Source of the DNA: an uncultured Candidatus Saccharibacteria bacterium
Lineage (GTDB): Bacteria > Patescibacteriota > Andersenbacteria > UBA10190
Direction: 5' to 3'
Assembly: GCA_964610055.1 (NCBI GenBank)
Contig: CAZSUC010000001.1
Location: forward strand, 351,994-415,993
DNA: 64,000 nt
The translations under genes and the position numbers were made by a program. Shown here in pieces: positions 8,307-16,654 of this stretch; the first letter of the stretch is position 1, and every line of letters starts with the position of its first letter. The notes beneath the pieces were generated by a model. The model was not told the origin of the DNA. It worked only from the letters and a program-made list of their open reading frames with translations, and did no database searches.

Positions 8307-9374
8307 ATGGACGATCGCAACCTTATTATTAAGCGCCTTATTTCTAACAGCGCCGAAGTTATCACTCCTGAAGAATTTAAGCAGCGCCTTTCTTCCGACC
8401 AACCTTTAACCCATTATATCGGCTTTGAAATCTCCGGTTACGTCCATATCGGACAGGGGATTATGAGCGCCCTTGTTATCAAGGACCTGCAGGCTTTAGG
8501 CGTTAAGTGCACCATTTGGTTAGCTGATTGGCATACCTGGATTAACGACAAATTAGACGGCACCAAAGCAACTGCTCAAAAAATTGGGACTGGCTATTTT
8601 ACTGAAGCGCTCACGTCCGCCTTGCTCTGCGTTGGCGCAGATCCTGATCAGGTTGAATTTCGTTTAGCCTCTGACTGGTATGCTCGCGATGGCCTGGCTT
8701 ACATGGAAACCCTGATCAAAGTTGCTCGGCACACTACCTTAGCGCGCGCTTTGCGCAGTGTTAGTATTATGGGTCGGGAAGCGGGGGAAAATATTGAATT
8801 AGCTAAAACTTTTTATCCCGCCATGCAAGCGGCTGATATTTTTTACCAAAATATCGACATTGCCCACGCCGCGATGGATCAACGCAAAGCTCACGTTGTC
8901 ATGCGCGATGTTGCTGATCATGTTCAGCCTGACAAACCTAAACCGATTGCCCTACACCATCCTTTAATTGACGGTCTTACGGGCGAAGCTAAGATGAGCA
9001 AATCCAAACCGGATTCCGCTGTGTTTATTCATGACGAACCGGATGATATTCATCGTAAAATTAACAAAGCCTATTGTCAGGAAAAAGACACTCAAAAAAA
9101 TCCTATTCTTAACTGGACAAAAAACATCCTATTCTGGAACCGCGTTCATCCTTTTGTTATTGAACGCAAACCTGAACACGGCGGAACCTTGGAATTTTCA
9201 GACTATTCTCATTTGGAGCAAGCTTTTGCAGCCGGGGAGTTACATCCTATGGATCTTAAAGCGGCTGTTGCTGCCGAAATTGTCGCTCTCTTAGCTCCAG
9301 CTCGGTCTCATTTTGCTCAGCCAGAAATCGCTGCTAAAAAAGCCGAACTCGACAAAGTTCTTGCAAGTCGTTAG
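8307..9374 (+). CDS. tyrS: tyrosyl-tRNA synthetase, archaeal/eukaryal type
   Basis: 355 aa with a HIGH-like motif (YVHIGQ) and KMSKS. Collinear with M. jannaschii TyrRS: YIGFE(P/I)SG, YP(I/A)MQ..D, KAYC, PEKFGG/PEHGGTLEF, ELHPMDLK.AVA.E. It lacks the bacterial TyrRS C-terminal S4 domain. Confidence 0.85.
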   Translation: MDDRNLIIKRLISNSAEVITPEEFKQRLSSDQPLTHYIGFEISGYVHIGQGIMSALVIKDLQALGVKCTIWLADWHTWINDKLDGTKATAQKIGTGYFTEALTSALLCVGADPDQVEFRLASDWYARDGLAYMETLIKVARHTTLARALRSVSIMGREAGENIELAKTFYPAMQAADIFYQNIDIAHAAMDQRKAHVVMRDVADHVQPDKPKPIALHHPLIDGLTGEAKMSKSKPDSAVFIHDEPDDIHRKINKAYCQEKDTQKNPILNWTKNILFWNRVHPFVIERKPEHGGTLEFSDYSHLEQAFAAGELHPMDLKAAVAAEIVALLAPARSHFAQPEIAAKKAELDKVLASR

Positions 9375-9390
9375 TTTTATTACATATTGC

Positions 9391-9465
9391 GCCGATGTAG
9401 CTCAGTGGCAGAGCAATTCCATGGTAAGGAATAGGTCGGGAGTTCAATCCTCCCCATCGGCTCCA
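9391..9465 (+). tRNA. tRNA-Thr (anticodon GGT), CCA encoded
   Basis: GCCGATG acceptor, D-arm TAGCTCAGTGGCAGAGC, anticodon stem ATTCC/GGAAT with loop ATGGTAA, T-arm GGGAG-TTCAATC-CTCCC, 3' CATCGGC-T-CCA. Confidence 0.9.
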
Positions 9466-9502
9466 ATTTATTAGGCCTTTTTGCCTTGCCTATACTGCTC
9501 TT

Positions 9503-11053
9503 ATGCGTTGGTTACCTCTCATTTACATTATTCTCCTCGGTGGCGTCTTAACCGGCGGCACTATTTGGGTTTATCTTAATCGCAACCCTGTCGCTGCTCC
9601 CGTCTCTGATACCCCTGTTACGACTTTCCAGACTGCCAGCCACCAAACTTCGTTGCGAGTAATTGCTCGGCTTACCGACAATACTTCCTCGCGCGCCGTT
9701 ACTTGTTATCAATCTCAATGCACCACTCAAGAATTTCCAGCCGATGTCTTTACTTATGCTGTTAATGATGGGGAAGCATGGTATTACTATCTTCCCACTC
9801 AAACTGTTACCAAGCATGCGCAAACTTCCGTTACTCCGCTGCCGCTTAATCTCAGCCAATTATCCGGCACTTTAGTCCGTACTGTTTCTGACGCTGATCC
9901 AGTCACTGTCATTGGCCCAACTGACTTAACCGCTCCGCGCGGTCTCTTTGTCAGTCCCGATAGTCAACAACTCGCTTTTTTCCGCGACAATATTCACGAC
10001 TCTTCTCAAAAATTAACTGAACTTTGGCTCTACAATTTTTCTTCCGGCAATGTTCAGCTCATTGGAGAAAACTATTACCAACCCGATATTCGTTCTAACG
10101 TCAGATGGAACAGCGCTTCTAATTACCTCTATTTCATCGGTGATAATGGGCCGCAATCGTCATCCCAGGATGATCTCGAACTTTTATTAGTTTCTACTGA
10201 GTCTCCCGGGACTAAAACGGCTTTCAGCCAAGTCCCTTGGGATGATCTGGTTGATAATTTTAATAATCTTCAAATCGATCTTTCCTCAGATGGGCAAAGC
10301 CTAGTGTATGTTGGCAAATCATTTTTAGGCGCGAGCATTCTTACTGTTATAACTCCCACCGGCACGCAAAAAACCACTATTCGCAGTGCCGTACCTTTTG
10401 TGCAATGGATTGAAGATGGGCGTCTCATATATGCCGTCCAAGATCAGCAAGGCTTCACTTTTTGGCAGCGCAGTTCTGATAACACCCACCGTTTTTTAGC
10501 GCGCCGTCCCGGTGCCGTCACTTCTGCTCGCAGCGACTTAAGCGGGGAATACGTCGTCTTCGCCGTTAATGAATCGCCCGGCATCACTCGCTTCTATTCC
10601 TTGCGTCTCGCTGACGGCACGGTTACCGATGAAGGTAAGATTGCTAACAACAACAGCGAGGTTAGTTTAGCCTATATCCGCCAGGAATTAAGCCTTGCGC
10701 AAGAAACAGCCACCACAACCGCTGCTTATGCTGATAATGAAATCGCCGCTTTTATTGACGCTAATCTTACCAACATTGCCGGTCTCGGCGCACAGCCTCG
10801 CCGTTTTATTCCCACTGATCTGATTAATAACTATTTTCTTGATTACTTGAACTCGCAGGGTCAAGAACAGCGAATTCTGCTGAAAATTAACGATATTCTA
10901 CATAATGAATGGGTTATTAAAGGCCGCTATACCCCTGTTAACGGAACCTGGCGCAAAACTCAAGGTGGGGGCATAGCTGACCCCAAACCCGTTCGTTTGT
11001 ATGAGTGGGAAGATTCTCTGCAGCAATGGATTCAAAAAGATCTCAAAATCTAA
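9503..11053 (+). CDS. membrane-anchored PD40/TolB-like beta-propeller protein (hypothetical)
   Basis: 516 aa with an N-terminal transmembrane helix and repeated PD40-like motifs (FVSPDSQQLAFFRDN, LSSDGQSLVYVG). Confidence 0.45.
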   Translation: MRWLPLIYIILLGGVLTGGTIWVYLNRNPVAAPVSDTPVTTFQTASHQTSLRVIARLTDNTSSRAVTCYQSQCTTQEFPADVFTYAVNDGEAWYYYLPTQTVTKHAQTSVTPLPLNLSQLSGTLVRTVSDADPVTVIGPTDLTAPRGLFVSPDSQQLAFFRDNIHDSSQKLTELWLYNFSSGNVQLIGENYYQPDIRSNVRWNSASNYLYFIGDNGPQSSSQDDLELLLVSTESPGTKTAFSQVPWDDLVDNFNNLQIDLSSDGQSLVYVGKSFLGASILTVITPTGTQKTTIRSAVPFVQWIEDGRLIYAVQDQQGFTFWQRSSDNTHRFLARRPGAVTSARSDLSGEYVVFAVNESPGITRFYSLRLADGTVTDEGKIANNNSEVSLAYIRQELSLAQETATTTAAYADNEIAAFIDANLTNIAGLGAQPRRFIPTDLINNYFLDYLNSQGQEQRILLKINDILHNEWVIKGRYTPVNGTWRKTQGGGIADPKPVRLYEWEDSLQQWIQKDLKI

Positions 11054-11092
11054 TTTGCCAAAAATCCCAAAAAACCATATAGTATTCCCACT

Positions 11093-11257
11093 ATGAGTCA
11101 AGACACCATCATCCGCCTGCAGTGCAGCGTCTGCAAGCGCTACAACTACCAAACTCGCCGCAATTTACGCCGGCAGGACGGACATAAGTTAGAATTGGAA
11201 AAATTCTGCCCTCATTGCCGCCAACACCAAGTCCACAACGAAAAAGGCAAGAAATAG
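11093..11257 (+). CDS. rpmG: 50S ribosomal protein bL33 (54 aa; below the ORF-track threshold)
   Basis: Translation is MSQDTIIRLQCSVCKRYNYQTRRNLRRQDGHKLELEKFCPHCRQHQVHNEKGKK. It has the C-x2-C…C-x2-C zinc ribbon and aligns with L33 (…ECTECK.RNY.T.KN…LELKKYCP.CR.H..H). Confidence 0.85.
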   Translation: MSQDTIIRLQCSVCKRYNYQTRRNLRRQDGHKLELEKFCPHCRQHQVHNEKGKK

Positions 11258-11314
11258 GGGACAGTCGGTTTCTGGTAAAAAACTAAAAAATAGCTATCAT
11301 AGAAAACACACCTT

Positions 11315-11388
11315 GGGGGTGTGGTCTAATGGTATGACAACGGTCTCCAAAACCGTTAGCGGGGGTTCGATTCCCTCCACCCCTGCCA
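11315..11388 (+). tRNA. tRNA-Trp (anticodon CCA), CCA encoded
   Basis: Acceptor GGGGGTG/CACCCCT with G1·U72 wobble, anticodon stem ACGGT/ACCGT with loop CTCCAAA, T-arm GGGGG-TTCGATT-CCCTC, 3' G-CCA. Near-identical in layout to E. coli tRNA-Trp. rpmG followed by tRNA-Trp is a conserved arrangement. Confidence 0.9.
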
Positions 11389-11524
11389 AATTTCGTTTAG
11401 TCACTCGAAGTATTTTTATTAAACAGTATGATTCCAAACATTCCTGACGATATTCGTGCTGCCGGTTGGATGCCGAAGCGCTTAATCTCATCCGCCAACA
11501 ACTTGGACTGTAATTAAAAACGCT

Positions 11525-12160
11525 ATGCAAGTGCTTTACGAAGACAATCATCTAATTGCAGTTGAAAAAAAGCCTGGCCAACCTACGCAAGGAGACTCCA
11601 GCGGCACACTTTCGCTTTTAGATGAGGTCAAGCAATTTATCAAAGAACGTGATCAAAAACCAGGACAAGTTTTTCTTGGGCTTTTGCATCGTCTTGATAA
11701 GCCGGTTGGGGGAGTGGTGCTGTTCGCTAAAACCAGTAAAGGAGCTAGCCGTCTGTCCGCTCAAATCCGAGAACATCACTTTCTCAAACAGTACGAAGCT
11801 TTAATTGAAGGCCAACCGAATCATCATGGTCGTGTTGTGCAATGGCTTATAAAAAATCGCGGGCATAACACTGTTGTTGCCTATGATCATCCAGTCAAAA
11901 ACGCCATGTATGCTGAACTGACTTATCGCTGCCTTTCATCTGGAAAAATTTCTCGCGTCCTTGTGACACCTTTAACTGGCCGTCCTCATCAAATTCGCGT
12001 TGCTTTTGCTTCCTTGGGCCATCCTATTATTGGTGATAAAAAATACGGCGCTCGTGAATCTTATACCGACGGTATCGCTCTGCACGCTACCAGTATTACT
12101 TTTTTCCATCCTATTACGCGAGAAGAAGTTACTGTTACTTCGCCTTCACCCTTCAAGTAA
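11525..12160 (+). CDS. RluA-family pseudouridine synthase (catalytic domain only)
   Basis: HRLDKPVGGVVLFAKT (catalytic Asp motif) and the …GRPHQIRVAF… motif. There is no S4 domain. Confidence 0.8.
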   Translation: MQVLYEDNHLIAVEKKPGQPTQGDSSGTLSLLDEVKQFIKERDQKPGQVFLGLLHRLDKPVGGVVLFAKTSKGASRLSAQIREHHFLKQYEALIEGQPNHHGRVVQWLIKNRGHNTVVAYDHPVKNAMYAELTYRCLSSGKISRVLVTPLTGRPHQIRVAFASLGHPIIGDKKYGARESYTDGIALHATSITFFHPITREEVTVTSPSPFK

Positions 12161-12169
12161 TATTTATTT

Positions 12170-12745
12170 ATGTCCTCTTCAGTCGCATTTATCACAACTA
12201 ATCCTCATAAATTTGCGGAAGTCGCTGACATCCTGGCTAACTATCCGCTAACTCTCGAGCATCTAAATCGTTCTTACCCTGAAGACCATGATGCCAGCAT
12301 GTCCGAAATTGCTCGCACCTCTGCTCAGAGCCTAGCGCTCGAACTTCAACGCCCAGTAATTTTAGAAGATACCGGCCTATTCTTCACTGCTTATCCTGGT
12401 TTTCCTGGCGCTTTACCTAAATTCGTCTTTAACACTTTAGGCTATGACGGCATTTTCAAACTTTTACAGGGAAGTGATCGTTCTGCTTATTTTGAAACTG
12501 TTGCCGGCTATTGTGAACCCGGACAAGAACCGCTTACTTTTACCGGACGCATGTCCGGCGTTATTACTGATCAAGTCTTTGATCTGGATCAAGATGCCAT
12601 GCCGTATGATCGTATTTTTATTCCCACCGGAGAAGCAGTTACTATTTCCAGTTTAACCATGGCGCAAAAAAATACTTTCTCGCAACGCGCCCAAGCTTTT
12701 CGGCAATTTGGAGAGTATATTAAAAAGACCTATGGAAATTCTTAG
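12170..12745 (+). CDS. non-canonical purine NTP pyrophosphatase (HAM1/RdgB family)
   Basis: FITTNPHKFAEV resembles the (A/V)TGN.GK..E N-terminal motif. ILEDTGLFF…YPGFPGALPKF aligns with RdgB IADDSGL…GAPGIYSARY. Confidence 0.7.
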   Translation: MSSSVAFITTNPHKFAEVADILANYPLTLEHLNRSYPEDHDASMSEIARTSAQSLALELQRPVILEDTGLFFTAYPGFPGALPKFVFNTLGYDGIFKLLQGSDRSAYFETVAGYCEPGQEPLTFTGRMSGVITDQVFDLDQDAMPYDRIFIPTGEAVTISSLTMAQKNTFSQRAQAFRQFGEYIKKTYGNS

Positions 12746-13763
12746 CAATATTCCTCTCGCTCCGCTCACAACCATCCGTTTAGGCGGATCCGCCCAGTAT
12801 TTTACTGAATGTACTTCGGTTGAAGATATTTCATCCGCTCTCGAATTTGCTACAGCTAATCATTTGCCCGTACATATTCTTTCCGGAGGCAGCAATACTA
12901 TTTTCCCTGACGCTGGTTTTCCTGGCCTGGTACTTAAAATTTCATTAACTGGCATTAATCATCGTTTGCATGATGATTGTGTTTATGTAACTGCTCAAGC
13001 CGGTGAGAATTGGGACGATTTTGTTGCTTATTGTGTCACACATGACTGGGTTGGTTTAGAAGCTCTTTCCGGGATTCCTGGTTACGTTGGCGCGACTCCA
13101 ATTCAAAATGTTGGCGCTTATGGTTGTAGCGTCGGTGATCTGATTACCAGTTTGCAAGTTTATGACACACAGACACATTCTCTGTCTGATCTCTCGGCCT
13201 CCGATTGTCAGTTTACTTATCGTTCTAGTCGCTTCAAAACCGATCCCACGCATCGCTATATCATTACTGCTGTTACTTTTGCTTTACATCCACACGGGCA
13301 GCCTCAGATCAAATATCCTGAATTGGCTGCTCGTTTATCTCGTGATGATCAGCTCACCGTCGCTCATGTCCGAGATACTGTTCTTTCTATTCGTGGTCTC
13401 AAAGGCATGACTACTAATCAAACAGTCGAGCTCCATTCTTGTGGCTCCTTCTTTACCAATCCTATTATCACTCTCGCTGAACTCGACGCTCTTCAAACGC
13501 GCTCATCTATTCCTATTCCTCACTACACTGAATCTGGCGAAAAAATTAAAGTTTCCGCTGCTTGGCTCATTGAACAAGCCGGCTTCACTAAAGGGGAGCG
13601 TCGTGGTGGTGTCGGGCTTTCACCGCATCACATTCTGGCACTTGTAAATTACAACGGCACTACTACTGAACTGCTTAATTTCGCTCAAGATATTATTCAA
13701 CGTGTCCAAACCAAATTCGGTATCACTTTAGAACCAGAACCGATAGTTGCTGGAGCTAAATAA
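12708..13763 (+). CDS. murB: UDP-N-acetylenolpyruvoylglucosamine reductase
   Basis: FAD-binding N-domain …TTIRLGGSAQYF…PVHILSGGSNTIF…, with the MurB C-terminal domain. Its start overlaps the preceding gene, so it may be at Met 12732. Confidence 0.85.
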   Translation: MESILKRPMEILSNIPLAPLTTIRLGGSAQYFTECTSVEDISSALEFATANHLPVHILSGGSNTIFPDAGFPGLVLKISLTGINHRLHDDCVYVTAQAGENWDDFVAYCVTHDWVGLEALSGIPGYVGATPIQNVGAYGCSVGDLITSLQVYDTQTHSLSDLSASDCQFTYRSSRFKTDPTHRYIITAVTFALHPHGQPQIKYPELAARLSRDDQLTVAHVRDTVLSIRGLKGMTTNQTVELHSCGSFFTNPIITLAELDALQTRSSIPIPHYTESGEKIKVSAAWLIEQAGFTKGERRGGVGLSPHHILALVNYNGTTTELLNFAQDIIQRVQTKFGITLEPEPIVAGAK

Positions 13764-13764
13764 C

Positions 13765-14469
13765 CTAAGCTGGTTGCGGAGTTAATTTGGTTACGTTTGT
13801 TAATTCTCCTTTGATTAAAATACGTTGATTGGTTGTCCAAAGTGGCCAGCAAGCCATTAACGTTACCGTTGGCACTGGTCGATCCGAAGCAATCGTTAAT
13901 GACGGCGACGGCTTTACGATTTCTTTTTCCGTAATCTCATATGTGTATCTGGTACCGTTGTAATCCAGATGAATTACATTGCCTGGTTCCAAATCATTTA
14001 GTTTCAAAAATGCAAACCGGTATTTTCCTTTCCATGGTTCACCTGTACTATGCGCAGCGATAAAAGTATTCCCCAAATGCCCGGGCTCAATCCCGTTAGG
14101 GTATAGAGCTGCTCCATACGCTAATGTCGCTAAGATATCACTATCGTTCATGCTGTCACTCATAACTAAAGGCACATTCACTCCAATCGCCGGAATCCGA
14201 ATAAAGTTGCCTTCCTCCTCTTGGGTTAAGCCACTAAGAGCGGGATACAATTCTCGTGCCGGTACTGGTTCTGGCGTCGGTCTTTCTTCCGCCGGCCCTG
14301 CTAACGGCAGCTCCGGAATCTCAACTTGATCATCCTGGGTAATCAGCAAAGCCGCCGGCCACACCATGGAAATCAGCGTACCTACGCCAAATACCAGCAA
14401 GAAAACTGCCGCAAAGGTTCCGCTAAAAAGTCTCAAAGTTGTGCCAACATTAGACATAATTTCACTCAA
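13765..14469 (-). CDS. sortase family transpeptidase
   Basis: N-terminal transmembrane anchor, catalytic His (IAAHSTG) and the TLxTC catalytic Cys motif (TLMACWPLW). Confidence 0.8.
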   Translation of the reverse strand: MSEIMSNVGTTLRLFSGTFAAVFLLVFGVGTLISMVWPAALLITQDDQVEIPELPLAGPAEERPTPEPVPARELYPALSGLTQEEEGNFIRIPAIGVNVPLVMSDSMNDSDILATLAYGAALYPNGIEPGHLGNTFIAAHSTGEPWKGKYRFAFLKLNDLEPGNVIHLDYNGTRYTYEITEKEIVKPSPSLTIASDRPVPTVTLMACWPLWTTNQRILIKGELTNVTKLTPQPA

Positions 14470-14563
14470 ATTAGAACATTATATTGTAATTATATTCTCT
14501 TATAATGTCAAGTGAACTTTTTATCTCAAAACCTGTTACAATAATCATAATAATATCGGCCCT

Positions 14564-14746
14564 ATGAACCTCACTCAATTCATCACTGTTCTCGCCGGAG
14601 CATTTATTGTCGTCAGTATTCTTTTTCTTCTGCTTTTTTTCAGCGGATTTTGGGACGAAAAAACTGTTGAAGATTTAGAAAAAGATTATCCTGATTTTTT
14701 TGTTGAAACCACTGTTCTCGTTACCTCTCCGGTTAACACAAACTAA
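14564..14746 (+). CDS. small single-pass membrane protein (hypothetical)
   Basis: 60-aa ORF with a hydrophobic N-terminal half, followed by a terminator hairpin. Confidence 0.3.
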   Translation: MNLTQFITVLAGAFIVVSILFLLLFFSGFWDEKTVEDLEKDYPDFFVETTVLVTSPVNTN

Positions 14747-14758
14747 ACCCCAGCATAA

Positions 14759-14797
14759 CGAAACAACCGCTCCAAATTTGGAACGGTTGTTTTATGA
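14759..14797. terminator. bidirectional terminator hairpin between convergent small genes
   Basis: aaacaaccgctcc-aaattt-ggaacggttgttt followed by a T-run. It sits between the + strand 60-aa ORF and the - strand histone-fold gene. Confidence 0.5.
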
Positions 14798-14817
14798 GAA
14801 TTAACTTCTCAACTCAA

Positions 14818-14997
14818 TTATACGTCGTAAGGCTTTACAGTTGCGCGCTTGTTACCTTGGGCGCGGCTAGCACCGGCGTTTAACATTTCCATCACCTTTT
14901 TGTTCAAAGCTGGAACTAAATCACTCGACATTTTTACGCCTTTACCTTTGAGGTAATTGCGAACCTTACTTGCTACTACTAATACTTCTTCTGCCAT
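14818..14997 (-). CDS. bacterial histone-fold DNA-binding protein (HBb/Bd0055-like; 59 aa, not in ORF track)
   Basis: Translation is MAEEVLVVASKVRNYLKGKGVKMSSDLVPALNKKVMEMLNAGASRAQGNKRATVKPYDV. It aligns along its length with Bdellovibrio histone Bd0055 (MAEVLVVTSKVKK…GRKTV…). A GGAGG Shine-Dalgarno sequence lies 7 nt upstream. Confidence 0.7.
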   Translation of the reverse strand: MAEEVLVVASKVRNYLKGKGVKMSSDLVPALNKKVMEMLNAGASRAQGNKRATVKPYDV

Positions 14998-15132
14998 ATG
15001 TTACACCTCCTTCACTAAGCTTGAATTAATAATTATCCACATTTAGCCTGGATTGTACCATTATGGGCTAAACCGGCTCAATTCGGCCTTTCCACAAGCG
15101 TTTATCCAAACTTGCTCTGCTGTCAAGCCGAT

Positions 15133-16578
15133 TTACCATAAAATCAACACTGCTGCCAAAACTAAAACTAGTGATGCATGCGCAATTAACGCTGGCCTTT
15201 GAATCCGAATATGAATAATTATTGCTAAACTTAAGAGAATTAAAACGATCACGAAGATTATCGTCGTCATAATTCTCACCGCTCGATTAAACTTAGCTGG
15301 CGTTGCTACGAAATCCTGATTAGTTTCATTGTTGTAAACCGGTGCCAGGGAAATCGTTTTAATTACGCTTTCATTACCCGCTTCATCAAACAAAGACAGT
15401 GTTAAGGATTCGTTACGGAAGGGGATTAACATTCGCTCCTCTTGCGTGAATTCATATGTTTCTGATTCGCTGCGCCAAATCGCCCGGATTGCACCATTGT
15501 CATCACTCCAGATCATCCACCACTGCGGATTATCCGTTTGTATCGTTAACATGAATTTTAATCCCGCCTCATCTATTCTCGGTCCGGTAGTATCTTTCGT
15601 CACAGTTACGGCCGCACTCGCCGGACTGGTATTACCAGCTGCATCTGTTGCTGTTGCTGTGAGTGTCACTAAACCATCCGGTATTTCGGCCAAAGTAATT
15701 TCTGTCACAGTAATCTTGTCTGTCAGCGCCGCAATTCTTTGTACAACCGTGTCGTTTGCTAAAACCTCCAGGGTAGTTCCAGCCTCTGCTTGGATCGAAA
15801 CTTGAGCTGTATCAGCAACGTTTTCGTTAGCTGTAATCACGGTTATCACCGGAGGTTCTGGCGGCGTAGTGTCCGCTGGTATTATAGTCGGTGTTACTGT
15901 TGGACTTGGTGAAGGCAGGGGAGTTGTGGTTGGCAGCACAATTGCTGGAGTTGGTGTTGTTGGTGAAACTGTAGTTGCTGGTGCCACCTGTGCTGTCGCT
16001 GTACTTGGTAAACCAAACATATGCACAACAATCGTTGATGTACCGCCTTGAAACTCGCCCGTAACCACCGCTACGCCTGTTTCAGTGTAACTGGATAACA
16101 ACATATTCTCTTTATGAGTTGGACTATTCATCCACGCTTGCACCACATCTTCTGCTTCCGTAAAATCAATCGCTAAATTTTCTCCCGCCACTTTATACGT
16201 ATATCCCACTTTATTCATCCAAAACCATGGTGTAATTCCTGATGGTGAAATATGGGAAAAATAGTCTTCTTGTAACATGTGCTCACCCTTTTGTTGTGCC
16301 GCACTGGTTAACTTGTCGTTTACTGTTAATGGCTCTAAGCCTGCTTCTACCCGCTCGGCATTAGTTAATTGCACGATCCTGGCTGCTGTAATTGTTGATA
16401 ATTCGGCTGTTTTCGGTAACAGAATAACAAACAATAAGGCTAGCAATTTTGTGCTAACTAATAATGCCGACACGATCGCCAAAGGCTTATGTCGTAATAG
16501 CTTGGGATGATAATTATTATCCGCATGCGGAATCACACATAGCCGTGCTGAATGTACGTATCTTGCCGTTACGCTCAT
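15133..16578 (-). CDS. cell-surface CAP/SCP/PR-1 (YkwD-like) domain protein with P/T-rich linker, Ig-like region and C-terminal hydrophobic anchor
   Basis: CAP core …LTNAERVEAGLEPL…HYTQVVW-like segment (HISPSGITPWFWM…AGENLA…AWMNSPTHKENML), then a TPTPxxxPTTTP linker and a C-terminal transmembrane segment. Confidence 0.65.
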   Translation of the reverse strand: MSVTARYVHSARLCVIPHADNNYHPKLLRHKPLAIVSALLVSTKLLALLFVILLPKTAELSTITAARIVQLTNAERVEAGLEPLTVNDKLTSAAQQKGEHMLQEDYFSHISPSGITPWFWMNKVGYTYKVAGENLAIDFTEAEDVVQAWMNSPTHKENMLLSSYTETGVAVVTGEFQGGTSTIVVHMFGLPSTATAQVAPATTVSPTTPTPAIVLPTTTPLPSPSPTVTPTIIPADTTPPEPPVITVITANENVADTAQVSIQAEAGTTLEVLANDTVVQRIAALTDKITVTEITLAEIPDGLVTLTATATDAAGNTSPASAAVTVTKDTTGPRIDEAGLKFMLTIQTDNPQWWMIWSDDNGAIRAIWRSESETYEFTQEERMLIPFRNESLTLSLFDEAGNESVIKTISLAPVYNNETNQDFVATPAKFNRAVRIMTTIIFVIVLILLSLAIIIHIRIQRPALIAHASLVLVLAAVLILW

Positions 16579-16654
16579 GCCTTTTATTATGCGACACGTG
16601 CTTTGTTTTTAGAAATCCCTTGCTCATCATTGCAAAAGCGAATATTCTCCAAAT

